61,769 bases of DNA. Origin: a virus (lineage: Duplodnaviria; Caudoviricetes). Below, piece after piece: positions 25,001-32,667 of the stretch; the first letter of the stretch is position 1, and the number at the start of each line of letters is the position of its first letter. Both the position numbers and the translations under genes were made by a program. The stretch spans positions 1 through 61,769 of IMG/VR virus record IMGVR_UViG_3300020419_000016. The stretch is one strand, 5' to 3'. The notes below the pieces were generated by a model that made no database searches, was not told where the DNA came from, and saw only the letters and a program-made list of their open reading frames with translations.

Positions 25001-28000
25001 CAAGTATTCGTTCTATTATGAAAATCGTTTAGCGTATAATCTTTATCTACCAATGTTGACCATTGTATAAAGTCTGACAACATTGGACTATCTACTGCTG
25101 TTTTACTAAAGTCAGTTGTCCTAAATTCTCCGCCTTGAAAATTATGTATATCAAATAAATCAGAATCATACGCTATTTTAATGTTATTAAAAATTCTTAA
25201 TTCTAATTCTAAAACAAGATGATCTCTATAATCCTTGTAAGCTACAATTTTACTTCCGTCATGACCTTGTATTACTGGTGTGCCTTCTATCCATTCATTT
25301 ATATTCTGATTAGGATTAGTTGTGCCGTGATTTGCACTACTATTTGGCATATAGAATGTTCTGTTAAGTCCTACAAAAGTATGTGTATGGGCTGAACCTG
25401 CGCCGCCTTGCTCTGTATCTTTTGCTACTGCTTCTGCTTGTGTAGCATATAAAGGCCAAAACCAACCTACTTTTCCTGCACCCATTTGATTGGATCCGGC
25501 TGTTCCGTAAAATTTATATGCACCTGATGGTGATACTGGACCTTCACTTTGTGTAGTGTTATCAATATAAAGTTCTGGTTGATAGCTAGGATATAATCCT
25601 AACTTTGAAGGAGTCGGTGGTACATAACTGCCGTTGGTTGTCTCATATTCGTATATATCAAGTAAATCGCCTTTTGCTTTATTTGCCGTAACTCTACAAA
25701 ATCCTTCACTATTAAATACATAATCTTTTTTGTGTACTAATTGTCTTCCGTTTAAGTATACTTGTACTGCATCTCTACTAGCAGTATCTAAGCTAAAGGT
25801 TTTAGAAAGTAAAAAATATTCTTCTGTATTATCGTCTATCTCGTGCGTAGTTTTATTAAAAGATCCTTGAGGCACCATATCTGAAAAATAGAACGGCATT
25901 GAGTTAACTTTATCTTTGTTAAGATCAGCCATAATTTTATCAACATGTTCTTTAGCCGGACCTTCCCAACCTAAGTCATGTGCAACTTGCAAAAATAATC
26001 TTTTAAACTTACCATATTCTCTTCTTGCAAAACGCATCGACGATATTAAATTTGAATCTTTGTCTAGTAAGCTATACATTGCAAGATTTAAAGGAGAACT
26101 ATGTTTTACAAATCTATTTCCAAATCTAGTAACATCCCCTAGATCTCTTAAATTACTTGCACCAGGAAATTTACCTGTAAAGTCTGGTAAATCTTCTACA
26201 ATACTAGATACGTGATTGTTTACTTCTCCTACAGTAAATTCATTGAGGTTGTTGTTAAGCGGATTTCTTTCTAAGTTACTAGGAAACTCATAATACCCAT
26301 TATCATTTTTTGATGCAACTGAGTTTGTTTTAAAAACAATTTTGTCTCCAATAGTTAAACCAGTTGCTGACGTAAATGCTGGTTGTAAAAATGTAACTGT
26401 AGTTAAATTATTTGCTGATGTTCCTAATGTATAATCTACATCTTTTAATTTAAGCTGATTATTTAAAAATACTGTCAAGTTTAAATCTGCAAGAGATGCA
26501 CTATTTTCATAAACATCTACTTCAAACGCTGATGTAGTATTATCAAAAACATACTGTCTTACTACTGGCTGTTTACTATCAGTAGGTGCTTTTGTCCAAG
26601 CATTGGCATTTGTATATGTTGCTATTGCAGAATACTTTTGAAGGAAACCTATGTCAGTGTTTTTATAGTATAGTTGGCTTCCAATTAAATATTCAAAATA
26701 GTCTGCAAGTAAATCAAATTTAAAAGTAATATCACCTACATTAGTTATAGTTCTATAAGATAGAACAAGTCCAACTTCACTATCTGCTGTACCTATCGCT
26801 CCTTCTTTGTAACTGAAAATTTTGTTACCTTTAAAAGTTGATGAATTGTATACTGTTGTATCGCTAAAACTTTTGTTGTTTTCGTCAAACAAATCAAATA
26901 AAGGTGCTTGGTTTACTTTTGTTTTAGTTTGTGCTTGTTTCCATTCTGTACCATTGTAGTAATACATCAATCCTTTGTAGCTGGTACCTTGACTTACTAA
27001 CACAACTTCGTTTGTTATAGGTTTAGAATCTGCAACTTCAATTAATGAAATCTGTTTTATATTTTGATCTATTTCAATTTCTGGTCCATCAAATTTAAAA
27101 AACTTAACTTCGAATATTCTTCCTTTTACTAATGGATCAGGATCTGCTGTAAATAAAATACGCATTCCATCAATTAAATCTACACCATCAATGTTATATC
27201 CTGTGCTTCCTTCTATCGTCGAAAACACATCTTTAGTATGTGTATCTAAAAGATTTACATTAGTTTTAATTTTGGTACCAAAGTCAAATAGCTTTAGTCC
27301 TTTATCAAATTCAATAATTGGTCTTTTTGCTCTAGCTGACTCGTCGATACTTACAGGTTGTTGATTTAGTGTAGCACTTTGTTCAATAACTGATTTATGG
27401 AACCATCTATTGTATCGACTCCATAAGTTACCATCATTAGCTGAACGATTAATTAGCATGTAATCTCTTACTGTAGGATAACCTATAGCAGTATCAAACG
27501 GTTGTCTATCAAACCCTTGTACATCAAAGTCTACATCTACATCAGCTACAAATGCACTAGGTACTGTTAATTCGTCTTCATTAATTAAAACAATTTTATC
27601 ACCAACGCCTTCAACATAGTATTCTCCTGTAGCGTATTTTGCAGGTGTTACTTCTCCGATAAATTTAATCTTCATTCCATTACTAAGATCAAACCCGGCG
27701 CCTGTTGTATATGTTTTTTTCCCTAGTACTTCTGCATCAATATCAATAGCTGAAGATTCTTCAATATTTGCAACTTTTATTAATCCTGCTGCTTCTATGT
27801 CATTATCAGCTACATAATATAATATATTAGGTGTAGTAGCAGTTGGTGTGAATGTAATTACACCTTCTTCTGTACCTTGATTGTCAATTAAGTTATCAGA
27901 AGCTGATAACATAAATGTATCATCTAAAGTACGTTTTGTTCTAATAGTAAACGGCAACCCAGGTGTGTTAATATCAAACTTATATGTAACACCCCTAAAT

Positions 28001-28590
28001 AATTTAATAGTAGGATTTTGTGTAAGTCCGTCAGGAGAAAATACATATCCAAAATTATCTAAATTATCAGCAATGCTTACTGTGTATGTACTAACTACTT
28101 CTGTAGTTTGTCCCCTGACATCAATTGTCTGCGGACCACTTGGAAGCCAATAGTATTCTCTAAAATTAATAAACTTATCCCAATTGATATGAGGATTCCA
28201 ACTATAATATTCTTGCTTATTAGTTATATTATGATCTTTAACTTTATCATTAAAACTAGAAAGTTGATTCATGTAATCATTATAATCTTTATAAAATTTT
28301 ACAGAATCTAAATTATCTTTAATAACAGCTGCAGGTTCAAATTGATAGTTTTGTCTACTATCGGAAAAATCACCTATATAATTGTCATCTTTATCAAATG
28401 ATGATGCAGTCTCACGACCATAATAACCGTTTAACTTTTCAACTACTCCTGGTTGGACTAATTGGTCTATAGTACTAGCTAGAAATTTACTATTAGGTAC
28501 TGTTCTAAAATATTTTGGAAGATGCTGTTCAGTTTTTCTTTTTGCATTTGGATCAGCTGTTCCGTCTTTTTGATGATTATCAAAAGCCAT
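13036..28590 (-). CDS. Giant 5184-aa baseplate-associated structural protein (gp7-like position) with propeller and carbohydrate-binding-like repeats
   Basis: Uninterrupted 15.5-kb ORF coupled to gp6 through TAATG. Contains FG-GAP-like repeats, five YxxGDIV-type modules, GxGYxxxP repeats and C-terminal FxxDGxxxxFxL repeats. Confidence 0.75.
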   Translation of the reverse strand: MAFDNHQKDGTADPNAKRKTEQHLPKYFRTVPNSKFLASTIDQLVQPGVVEKLNGYYGRETASSFDKDDNYIGDFSDSRQNYQFEPAAVIKDNLDSVKFYKDYNDYMNQLSSFNDKVKDHNITNKQEYYSWNPHINWDKFINFREYYWLPSGPQTIDVRGQTTEVVSTYTVSIADNLDNFGYVFSPDGLTQNPTIKLFRGVTYKFDINTPGLPFTIRTKRTLDDTFMLSASDNLIDNQGTEEGVITFTPTATTPNILYYVADNDIEAAGLIKVANIEESSAIDIDAEVLGKKTYTTGAGFDLSNGMKIKFIGEVTPAKYATGEYYVEGVGDKIVLINEDELTVPSAFVADVDVDFDVQGFDRQPFDTAIGYPTVRDYMLINRSANDGNLWSRYNRWFHKSVIEQSATLNQQPVSIDESARAKRPIIEFDKGLKLFDFGTKIKTNVNLLDTHTKDVFSTIEGSTGYNIDGVDLIDGMRILFTADPDPLVKGRIFEVKFFKFDGPEIEIDQNIKQISLIEVADSKPITNEVVLVSQGTSYKGLMYYYNGTEWKQAQTKTKVNQAPLFDLFDENNKSFSDTTVYNSSTFKGNKIFSYKEGAIGTADSEVGLVLSYRTITNVGDITFKFDLLADYFEYLIGSQLYYKNTDIGFLQKYSAIATYTNANAWTKAPTDSKQPVVRQYVFDNTTSAFEVDVYENSASLADLNLTVFLNNQLKLKDVDYTLGTSANNLTTVTFLQPAFTSATGLTIGDKIVFKTNSVASKNDNGYYEFPSNLERNPLNNNLNEFTVGEVNNHVSSIVEDLPDFTGKFPGASNLRDLGDVTRFGNRFVKHSSPLNLAMYSLLDKDSNLISSMRFARREYGKFKRLFLQVAHDLGWEGPAKEHVDKIMADLNKDKVNSMPFYFSDMVPQGSFNKTTHEIDDNTEEYFLLSKTFSLDTASRDAVQVYLNGRQLVHKKDYVFNSEGFCRVTANKAKGDLLDIYEYETTNGSYVPPTPSKLGLYPSYQPELYIDNTTQSEGPVSPSGAYKFYGTAGSNQMGAGKVGWFWPLYATQAEAVAKDTEQGGAGSAHTHTFVGLNRTFYMPNSSANHGTTNPNQNINEWIEGTPVIQGHDGSKIVAYKDYRDHLVLELELRIFNNIKIAYDSDLFDIHNFQGGEFRTTDFSKTAVDSPMLSDFIQWSTLVDKDYTLNDFHNRTNTWTFNYSSAASPNGNDLPGFWRGVYRHAYDTDRPHTHPWEMIGFTKMPTWWETQYGPAPYTRDNLVLWTDLQNGVVREPNKKIKILNKYKRPGLLTHLPVDASGNLLSPNDSGYAQSFDSARLDDSFKFGDEAPVETAWRRSSEYPFSLITAWTLSQPSKVLATGFDRVNQVRNLTKQIIYKTQSNQIKLKDLIFPNTQLDSTQTFTSGLVNYVAGYMASNVVTSYTEYKQNLKSITNQIGFKVGGYTDKNKFKLILDSRTPLNEGNVFVPDENYNIFLNKSAPIKTISYSGLIIERRTNGYKIKGYDNSSTTFKYFPHFERDRDPVITVGGTSEPFLEFEGGRTYTVGAIVEHSGKYYRVTKQHIAGDTFEESNFASIPKLPTTGGREITLRREFATFAPLELPYGTILPTIQDVCDFIQGYGKYLESIGFVFDNFRKSASVVDDWETSTKEFAFWTLHNWAEGTLISLSPGANQLKFKTDYSVVDNIFDGFFGYTLLKVDGQKLTSDFIQVDRQEPTEFILRPKNTADGIFAIKLPCVQKEHVVLLDNKTVFNDTIYDPEPGYRQERIKVLGYRTTNWDGSLNIEGFVYDQATITDWQPNKDYFIGDIVKHKEFYYTANSKVPGTESFIDNQWSRLDSKPESGLTPNFEYKTNQFADFYDLDSDNFDSEQQRLAQHLIGYQKRKYLENIINDDVSQYKFYQGFIQDKGTKNALTKLFDVLGNTDKDSLEFYEEWAIKRGQYGAASGFDEVEYKLDENKFRLSPQPIELVKSVTGEETDLIYRIQPYETYLKPKNYTHAPFPKKYIASEQGFVKDSGYVNQEDVKFVVKDFDSILNIDFATCNQGDLIWVGNDKLTWNIYRHDDTDLIVEKVTGGETEFTVTLTSTPQNIKAGDIFGVYDLISTTLDPGDSTFANAQTTKGAVGGFFKVKSISLEKVTFETAEEVQDIDECIGKLSKLVSVRTDSLANLNDIAQKLATLKSKFWVDKADGNNWTVYENTEAFLKLQDISSGESINNETFATAITTNKSNTVLAVGSPDEDDGQVYIYTRGSASANFVLSQVVTAPTDTAFTYKRFYTGVTYTVGDLVKANNLFYTVAETHIAGVNFDVSKFTPLTTPPKLQKFGSAISLTEDGKYLVVGSPNASNVKTRYKNDYNASSSYVLDDIVNYNNKLWKATTSIVPQSASIQFTSFGSVVQQIESVGNTTQSSEQIDVILTGKYPFTGITVDHVLVKAPKLQYAGLDINDQIKLKWNKKTIANQEQTTYTDKEPFPGGGMSELSSTFFSSTHQIQMKVDLILNINAFTNQPVAGDKIQTQTGSGTVAYSYEVGGSIGLYINEITGSFSSTDSLFLSNGDFVGEYTTAAPSETTDVSSYYGGYFMITVPGGYQIFTTTSDQGKGLVYQEAITDSSAPSNYYYNSRDYETATVSSEDTLASYIETLSYQGLPGAAGVTTPFLSPYYVIRAPKPLTDTLSNGSTFKMFIPSLARYTSGISNDPSAIGLTYAQTNSELTVYDLWDGYIKFGFTKFNLFGEPFEPRVGDTVRDVTTGATAKITFYQRDALNATIFVKDVVGNFSNGSIFGNNAEIEFLGSPTDPSPIYQVDRVMGEIQKKSLGLASEDIGKLIVVDTGANISLPTTSAMTDTEYWFYQENTVSGVPVAANLPSAGNNDWINVYSIPAVSGATASTLENQGMYSVFGTGTTNRYAFLQSYIVPEAKEDFYLGSEIRCAKKNNLYRLFVHAGEDYNTFRDFRNLNKQFDDSTFQPGRTYFIKHGTDVDGNVWDWELAKDKKFQGTYSSLVSYQTGDIIYLDGGIYKANTNLAPGFFNGANWTQQTQPLDYLGYVPNNTEILPIFDSADPSTVLDQGGLFNFNRIDVSDDGEVLIGLARYDGGEKSQVVVYRNKNGNYQRTQSIMESSFPAQTDDDDQWSTEKTLWGSDIAISSDGNMIAIGEPFAETQRSETDPSRIQFDQGRVFVMKKNVTTGLFELSQTLFSRGNEKVELFGVKLSFDTKTLAITAKNADSDAKTTFDSLEAIPQTTWDNNFTTFAKKFIDTGVVYLYENIDDNLVYGQTIAYNELSDSTQAVANTDSSNSIRDFGLNLYTKNSHVYVGLPKHTTFAGENGAVIDFRKDPTKNIWKAHSSPKDTVDVAKIKKVLLYNTKENKLVSYIDYLDPVQGKIPGIAEQELSYKLHYDPAVYSLGTSNVNTSKAEVWGEEQVGELWWDLSTAKFLNAYQGNTIFSVNNWNTQFTGNSVDVYEWVETTLTPSQWNMTSASTEGVTEGVTGTTKYDDTIYSTKRIYDEISQTFSNKYYYWVKGRITAPNIETRKLSAFNVARYIDDPASMGYRFINFISPTSFVLYNCESLLKDNEVALSIQYWTIENQDINIHNQYQLYTAGLDTSKPNADIERKWFDSLIGYDSAGRIVPDPNLSAKEKYGILNDPRQSWFVNKTEALKQVIDRVNIVLKRNLIVDDKIITPLLSKQEVPLAAGNTYDLAVDTFEDLEFVGTAKVKQAVLTPVVVDGKIVRVTVTEPGRGYKVVPNVEINGRYETAANITVTINSVGAVTSATVNSQGSGYDSTLTTLAIRRFAVLVRSDSTLSGKWSVYERNINNTLWVRKVSQVFDTSLFWDYIDWYDTGYNEFTDINHLIDSSYQLESLDDNTGDVIKIANVGTGGWLLLEKIDNADSIDYTINYKTIGRQNGTIKFLPSLFNTTVGSGFDSASYDIKVYDVQPVKETRIILEALRDNLFIDELAVEYNNLFLSSLKYVFTEQGLVDWAFKTSFIKARHNVGDLSKKITFQNDNLPSYEEYLKEVKPFKSKLREYISDYNQLNVSANLVTDFDLPPRWEDETKSIVPPSVKVIDNAIVGTNTDLTTYPNKNWVDNLSYKINRVEIADAGSGYTQPPVIKFVGQDLSTSETGTGATAIAKLGQGGKIASIEVTNKGTGYLNPPVVEVNGSIREGGKPAKLVAILGDGLVRGMHTTVKFDRVTGKFIVTKLSESQTFVGSGSAYVFDLIFPMDLKTNTVEITIAGELSLQSEYTYENIKDTTKGYDRYFGRVTFTKPPANNTSIVIKYKKPIEYLTAADRVSLAYNPVAGQFGNDLSQVMDGIDYGGVEVKSFEFGGNTGWDSAPWYTDSWDTYDTTYEDEVFTLDGSTISITLSKPLENGVVYNLYRNGIRLDDPNWAPEPGYDSALVKNPNAIMQSITGDGTTTVIELQELEVPTQADDVIIVRKETSDGSFINDPESYDTSITGGTLAYTSATGLKAEDITIDGDGFVTPTTSKGPEEIVPGQVLDAVDISVFERPVGGSSIVVNRNYIGDGSTKVFDLGKTPFTGSSLFVKVGSDILEPTTDDSTLGYKVNYANKTVDFEVAPAEGSKINLTLVEVAGLQILDIDSFVSDGSSNNFETNVRWTDNVQGIATSNGVKLEAVFVKSTGSHPNNVELVLASPLKAGDVVRFALFIGDGNEIDSFSQVVVDEFIATKPQGNDTLLLSQAPFSYGPAGIHTLVQIGDDILHSGFNQQFTVSSARDYKLDLWQIPIALVQSSQIQVYLNGRILEYATDWTFTSAEAFDSDTPLDQQKGNTVKLADSIGVAGDTLLVYIITESQYRFGYFEQQGDSSNVFVPTPTICSFEVDRPIGTRMKVYQFSNSTAQKFERESYTVQENTPITKGTPEYYFLNNLRAGLFKLRSPAVDSKYAWVILNNKLLLADVDYSVTTDKNFIKLVSPLNEGDRIEVLHFGNPTVITKFGFRQFKDMLNRTHYKRIDGDKNYILGKDLTPYDKTIELVDASGITNPTAGSEYPGIIFVNGERIEYRLKEGNLLKQLQRGTLGTGVNDLHSSGTEVYDQSIDASMPYKDETISTVFTADGTSSTFELDFTPGAGGVNEFDVFVAGQRLRKNAISSYKFETTINGVTTSSIAQDSPEGDETLPAEFSILGSTLTLLNAPGENQKVIIIRKQGKRWTDPGTALSQADTDIGRFLRATSVDLPR

Positions 28591-31500
28591 TAGTAACCTC
28601 CGCTACTACTTGAACCTGAGCTACTTGAACTACTACTTGAACTACTACTTGAACTACTACTTGAACTACTACTTGAACTACTACTTGATGAAGTTGTTGT
28701 ATTTGACGAGGTGGACGAGCTAATTGATGCAGCAGTTGTTGTTGAACTTTGTATACCAGCAGATACTCGTGTACTGGACGTAACAACGGCACCGTCATTT
28801 GCTCTTAATCTTGTTGCTGTAACTGCATCTATAACATCAACGTTATCTACAGTTGCACCACTTATAAAAATTTCATCACTTTCTGATTTTATTTCATATA
28901 AACTTCCAAATACCTGTGATGACTGGGTTGGAACAATAATGAATGTAACTAAATCTGGAGTCATTTGCGACATAACGTAATTTGCCATTTCTGAGAAGAA
29001 AAACTTATCTCCAAAGTCCCAGTTTTCTAATGCAAAGTATTCATTTATAGCGGCAACAATTCTTGATTTAACATCATTATCGTTTAATACTAAATCAGGA
29101 TTTTTTACTACTTTAAATGTTGCTTGCAAATCTGTATCTGCCTTTGTTCCAAATAATACTTTGTACTTAACTGGATGATAAATTATTTCATCTGATAATG
29201 ACTTAATTTTAGATAGTTGTGTATCATATGATAAAGCTAACGCATCAGAACTTGGTGGCAAAGGTAATGTTCCTGCACCGTTTAAGTATAACCTAAAATC
29301 TGTATCATAGCTTTTGGTTAAAATATATGTGTCAATCAAGTTACTTGCACTTGGATCAATTCTTGAACTATCATCTGCTCCGTGAATGTAGTGGAATGTA
29401 ATATCATCTCTACCAACTCTTGCTCTATAATCTGTTGTCTGTTTTAATATACCTTCTACACTATCATAAATTTTAAAAATATTTGTTGATGTAAAGTAAA
29501 ATAATTGTCCGTTAGTATACGTGCTTAAAGCAGATAAAGAACCTTCTGTACTTAATACAATCATGCCTAATGTGTTTGCTGAAATATAGTTAAAATCTTC
29601 TACTCCGTCCGTTGTAGTATTCTTTTGTTGGAAAATATATTTTGTTAAAGGGTTTGTAGTTTCATCAACAATAGTATCAAAAATATCTGGATCATCTACG
29701 ACTCCGTCGTCATCGCTATCAAAAAACGTAATTTCTATTTTCTTACTATCAACATAACCTTCAGCATCTCTATATTCTTCAGTAAGTTCCCAATCATAAT
29801 TAACTGTAAATGGTAATGCACTATCTGGTTTAGTGTTAATGTTTAATACACTAATTTTATCTTTAACAATTTTACCAGTTAGATTGTTATAAATTTTGTC
29901 TGTTTTATCAAAGTAAAATCTCATTTCTTGATTACTTTCAAAGATATATCTCATTGCTCTATTTTTAATAGTGTAAGTCTCGCCGTTAGTTTCAAATAGT
30001 AGCATCCAACTAGCGTCTAATTGCTGATTTGATATATCTCCTGTTTTACCTGTACTGAATGATGCTGTAACATTTAGGTTATTTTCTGTTACAATTCTCC
30101 AAGACTGAGAATCAGTGCTATATCTTAAACCAAATGTTTTATAAGCAAACACTTGATCAATAAGTTGCGTTGCAACATCAGTTTCAAGAGAACCTGCTAA
30201 GCCAGGAATAATTTCAGCTAATCTAGATCCTGTAGGAATAATATCATTTAATGATACAGGACCTTGTCCAGTTGATGCTATTATAGTACCATCGCCTGTT
30301 ACCGCTGCTATCTTAACCCATTTATAGTCAACTACTCCTTTTTTACCTTGATAACCAGTATTACTTACTAAGTCTGTGTTTAAGAAACTTTGTCCTGTTG
30401 GTGGTAAAAATTTAATTAACGATCCTGGAACTATTAATTTTAATAATGATGATGTAAATGTTCCTAATTGTGATTTTACATCTGCAGAGTTTTTAAAATA
30501 TCCTGTGCTTAGGTTTGTAGTTTTGGTTGATTGTACCCAAGTTACTCCTAAGTCTACAGTTGAAATTTTAGGAAAATTATTATAATAATAATTCCTAACT
30601 TTCTTATCTCTTAAGATAGGTTGAATTGTGTTTACTATTGCTCCTTCAACATCTGTTTTTGTAGTAAAAGTAAATGTTGTTTTTGGCTCTAGATTTTCTT
30701 TAAATAAAACTCCGTCTGTTCCATATAGATTTGTTTTACTGTACTTTCCAGTTGCATCAATTAGATCAAAATATCTAGATATTCCGCTTGATGTTCTGTT
30801 AATAGACTTAACTTTAATAATTTCTTGACTTACACCTAAAGGTGAAATTTGGTAGTCTTCACCTGTTACCATTCTGTTTTGTGTGTAATAAGTTGACGGA
30901 GCGTTTTGTTTAATACTTGCATTCGATTCGCTCTCTGTTGAATTATCAACAGTATACTTTAATTCATATGTAAGTGTTAGTGTTTCAATCTTATCAGTCT
31001 TTGACAAATAAGGTATAGAAACAGTTATGCCTCTCATATCGTCTGGTGTTATTATTACTCTTTCATTTTTACTTACTCTGTAAAATACACGGAAGCTACC
31101 TTTAGGTAAATTTCCAAACACTCCATCTGAAAACATTAAACTAATTCTATCATCAACTCTAGTTAAAACTGCATAAACGTTATTAATACTTTTACTTAAA
31201 CTATTGTAAACAACATTGTTACCTTCTACCGAATCAACTTTTGTCCATAGTTCTTGTTCAGCACCAAAAGAATCTAATTTATAAAGCCATACGTCTGAAT
31301 TATTTACATTTGTAGCATCAATTGAAACAACTTGATTTGTACTAGGAGTTGTTATGTTAAACACTCCTTCATCAATTGCTCCTTCTCTAAAGTGACTAAA
31401 AAATCCTGTATTGCTACTTGCACTACCTCTTCCGTCATCTCTATATAAAAATGCAAAGTTATTTCCTGGAAACGGTGCTTCTTCTTGAATTACTTTGTCA

Positions 31501-32159
31501 ACTACGTCTGTTGATACAATTTCAAATCTAACAGAACGTCCATCTATATTCTTAGCAAAGCTATATACAGGAACTTCTGAGTTTGTGCTTAACATACGAT
31601 ATTGCTCAGTAGGAATACCATTAGCAGTATCTTTTTTAATTGGTCTGCCAAATTTAGCATTTACAGGTAATGTTGAATTCATTACTTTTACAAACTGTTC
31701 ATACCAGTCTGGATTTGTAGGATCGTTCCATACAATAGTTTGATTTGCTAAATTAACGTTATTTGAATCTAGGATTTCTTCTGTAGTGTTTACACTTTCT
31801 ACTTTAAGTAAGCCGTTAGCAGCTTGATTTCTTTTTGGATTATAAGAAAGCAAACGTGCTAAACGCAAAACGCTTTCTCTACGTTCTGCTAATTCTAAGT
31901 AATTTTCTCTTGCATTTAGATCAATACGGAATGAAATATTTTGACCCATATATGCTATTAAATCTATGAGGGCTAAATATTCGCTGGATTCAATATAATC
32001 GTTAAAATCTTCAGGATAATTTTCCCTCAAATAATTGATCATAGTGCGGCGGAGATTATCAAAGTCATAGCTCTGAAAATCTGCATTACGAAAAGATTGA
32101 TATATGCGTCTCCAATCTTCTGCAAGTAATAATCTATTCTGTCTATCTGTTGCCGGCAT
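28590..32159 (-). CDS. gp6: Baseplate wedge protein gp6
   Basis: DFDNLRRTMINYLR...FNDY...ALIDLIAY...ENYLELAERRESVLRLARLLSYNPKR and ESNASIKQNAP...QNRMVTGEDY are gp6/baseplate-J signatures; adjacent to gp25. Confidence 0.88.
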   Translation of the reverse strand: MPATDRQNRLLLAEDWRRIYQSFRNADFQSYDFDNLRRTMINYLRENYPEDFNDYIESSEYLALIDLIAYMGQNISFRIDLNARENYLELAERRESVLRLARLLSYNPKRNQAANGLLKVESVNTTEEILDSNNVNLANQTIVWNDPTNPDWYEQFVKVMNSTLPVNAKFGRPIKKDTANGIPTEQYRMLSTNSEVPVYSFAKNIDGRSVRFEIVSTDVVDKVIQEEAPFPGNNFAFLYRDDGRGSASSNTGFFSHFREGAIDEGVFNITTPSTNQVVSIDATNVNNSDVWLYKLDSFGAEQELWTKVDSVEGNNVVYNSLSKSINNVYAVLTRVDDRISLMFSDGVFGNLPKGSFRVFYRVSKNERVIITPDDMRGITVSIPYLSKTDKIETLTLTYELKYTVDNSTESESNASIKQNAPSTYYTQNRMVTGEDYQISPLGVSQEIIKVKSINRTSSGISRYFDLIDATGKYSKTNLYGTDGVLFKENLEPKTTFTFTTKTDVEGAIVNTIQPILRDKKVRNYYYNNFPKISTVDLGVTWVQSTKTTNLSTGYFKNSADVKSQLGTFTSSLLKLIVPGSLIKFLPPTGQSFLNTDLVSNTGYQGKKGVVDYKWVKIAAVTGDGTIIASTGQGPVSLNDIIPTGSRLAEIIPGLAGSLETDVATQLIDQVFAYKTFGLRYSTDSQSWRIVTENNLNVTASFSTGKTGDISNQQLDASWMLLFETNGETYTIKNRAMRYIFESNQEMRFYFDKTDKIYNNLTGKIVKDKISVLNINTKPDSALPFTVNYDWELTEEYRDAEGYVDSKKIEITFFDSDDDGVVDDPDIFDTIVDETTNPLTKYIFQQKNTTTDGVEDFNYISANTLGMIVLSTEGSLSALSTYTNGQLFYFTSTNIFKIYDSVEGILKQTTDYRARVGRDDITFHYIHGADDSSRIDPSASNLIDTYILTKSYDTDFRLYLNGAGTLPLPPSSDALALSYDTQLSKIKSLSDEIIYHPVKYKVLFGTKADTDLQATFKVVKNPDLVLNDNDVKSRIVAAINEYFALENWDFGDKFFFSEMANYVMSQMTPDLVTFIIVPTQSSQVFGSLYEIKSESDEIFISGATVDNVDVIDAVTATRLRANDGAVVTSSTRVSAGIQSSTTTAASISSSTSSNTTTSSSSSSSSSSSSSSSSSSSSSSSSSGSSSSGGY
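28621..28688. repeat. 12-bp tandem repeat (CTACTTGAACTA x5 plus a partial copy) encoding the poly-Ser tail of gp6
   Basis: Five perfect copies at 28621-28680 plus CTACTTGA. The coding strand reads TCA AGT AGT AGT (SSSS). Confidence 0.95.
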
Positions 32160-32180
32160 ATGTAATATTCCTTATTGTAC

Positions 32181-32188
32181 TATTTATT
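32181..32188 (-). promoter_or_regulatory. T4-like late promoter (AATAAATA)
   Basis: Intergenic, upstream of the AAGGA RBS of gp6. Confidence 0.55.
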
Positions 32189-32212
32189 GCATATAGTAAA
32201 GTACGTATATAA

Positions 32213-32662
32213 TTAGGACTTTAAAAAGCCCGCATCTTCGTCAAATCTCATCCTTAATGTTTCTGAGATATTAAACGGAAGATATGTAATAGTACATTCA
32301 ATTTGTATTCCTTGTTCGTATTGATCAACTACTATCCTGTCTACATTTGTTCTTGGATCACTGTTGACTATTTTTGTAACATTTTGTATTATTGCATCTT
32401 TTAAGGTTTCAGTTAATGGTTCAAATAATGCGTCCCAAATAATTGTACCAAACTCGGGATTACTTAATTTTTCGCCTTGTCTTATATGGAAGTGATTAAT
32501 TAAATCTTGTTTAATAAGTGATATGTCATATAGACTTACAGTATTATTGTCAGGATTAACTGTACTCATACCTCTATATGTTGTTTTAGTATTAACAGAC
32601 TCCATACTTTTGTTACCAGGAACTGTTATTTCTGCGTATATTTTTTTCTCTCTACTACTCAT
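32213..32662 (-). CDS. gp25: Baseplate wedge protein gp25 (GPW/gp25 family)
   Basis: IKQDLINHFHIRQGEKLSNPEFGTIIWDALFEP...DPR is the gp25 signature. Confidence 0.92.
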   Translation of the reverse strand: MSSREKKIYAEITVPGNKSMESVNTKTTYRGMSTVNPDNNTVSLYDISLIKQDLINHFHIRQGEKLSNPEFGTIIWDALFEPLTETLKDAIIQNVTKIVNSDPRTNVDRIVVDQYEQGIQIECTITYLPFNISETLRMRFDEDAGFLKS

Positions 32663-32667
32663 ATCAA

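Noticed and set aside
28580-28798. ORF with (QVVV)n repeats
   Set aside because: Alternative frame of the 12-bp poly-Ser repeat inside gp6.
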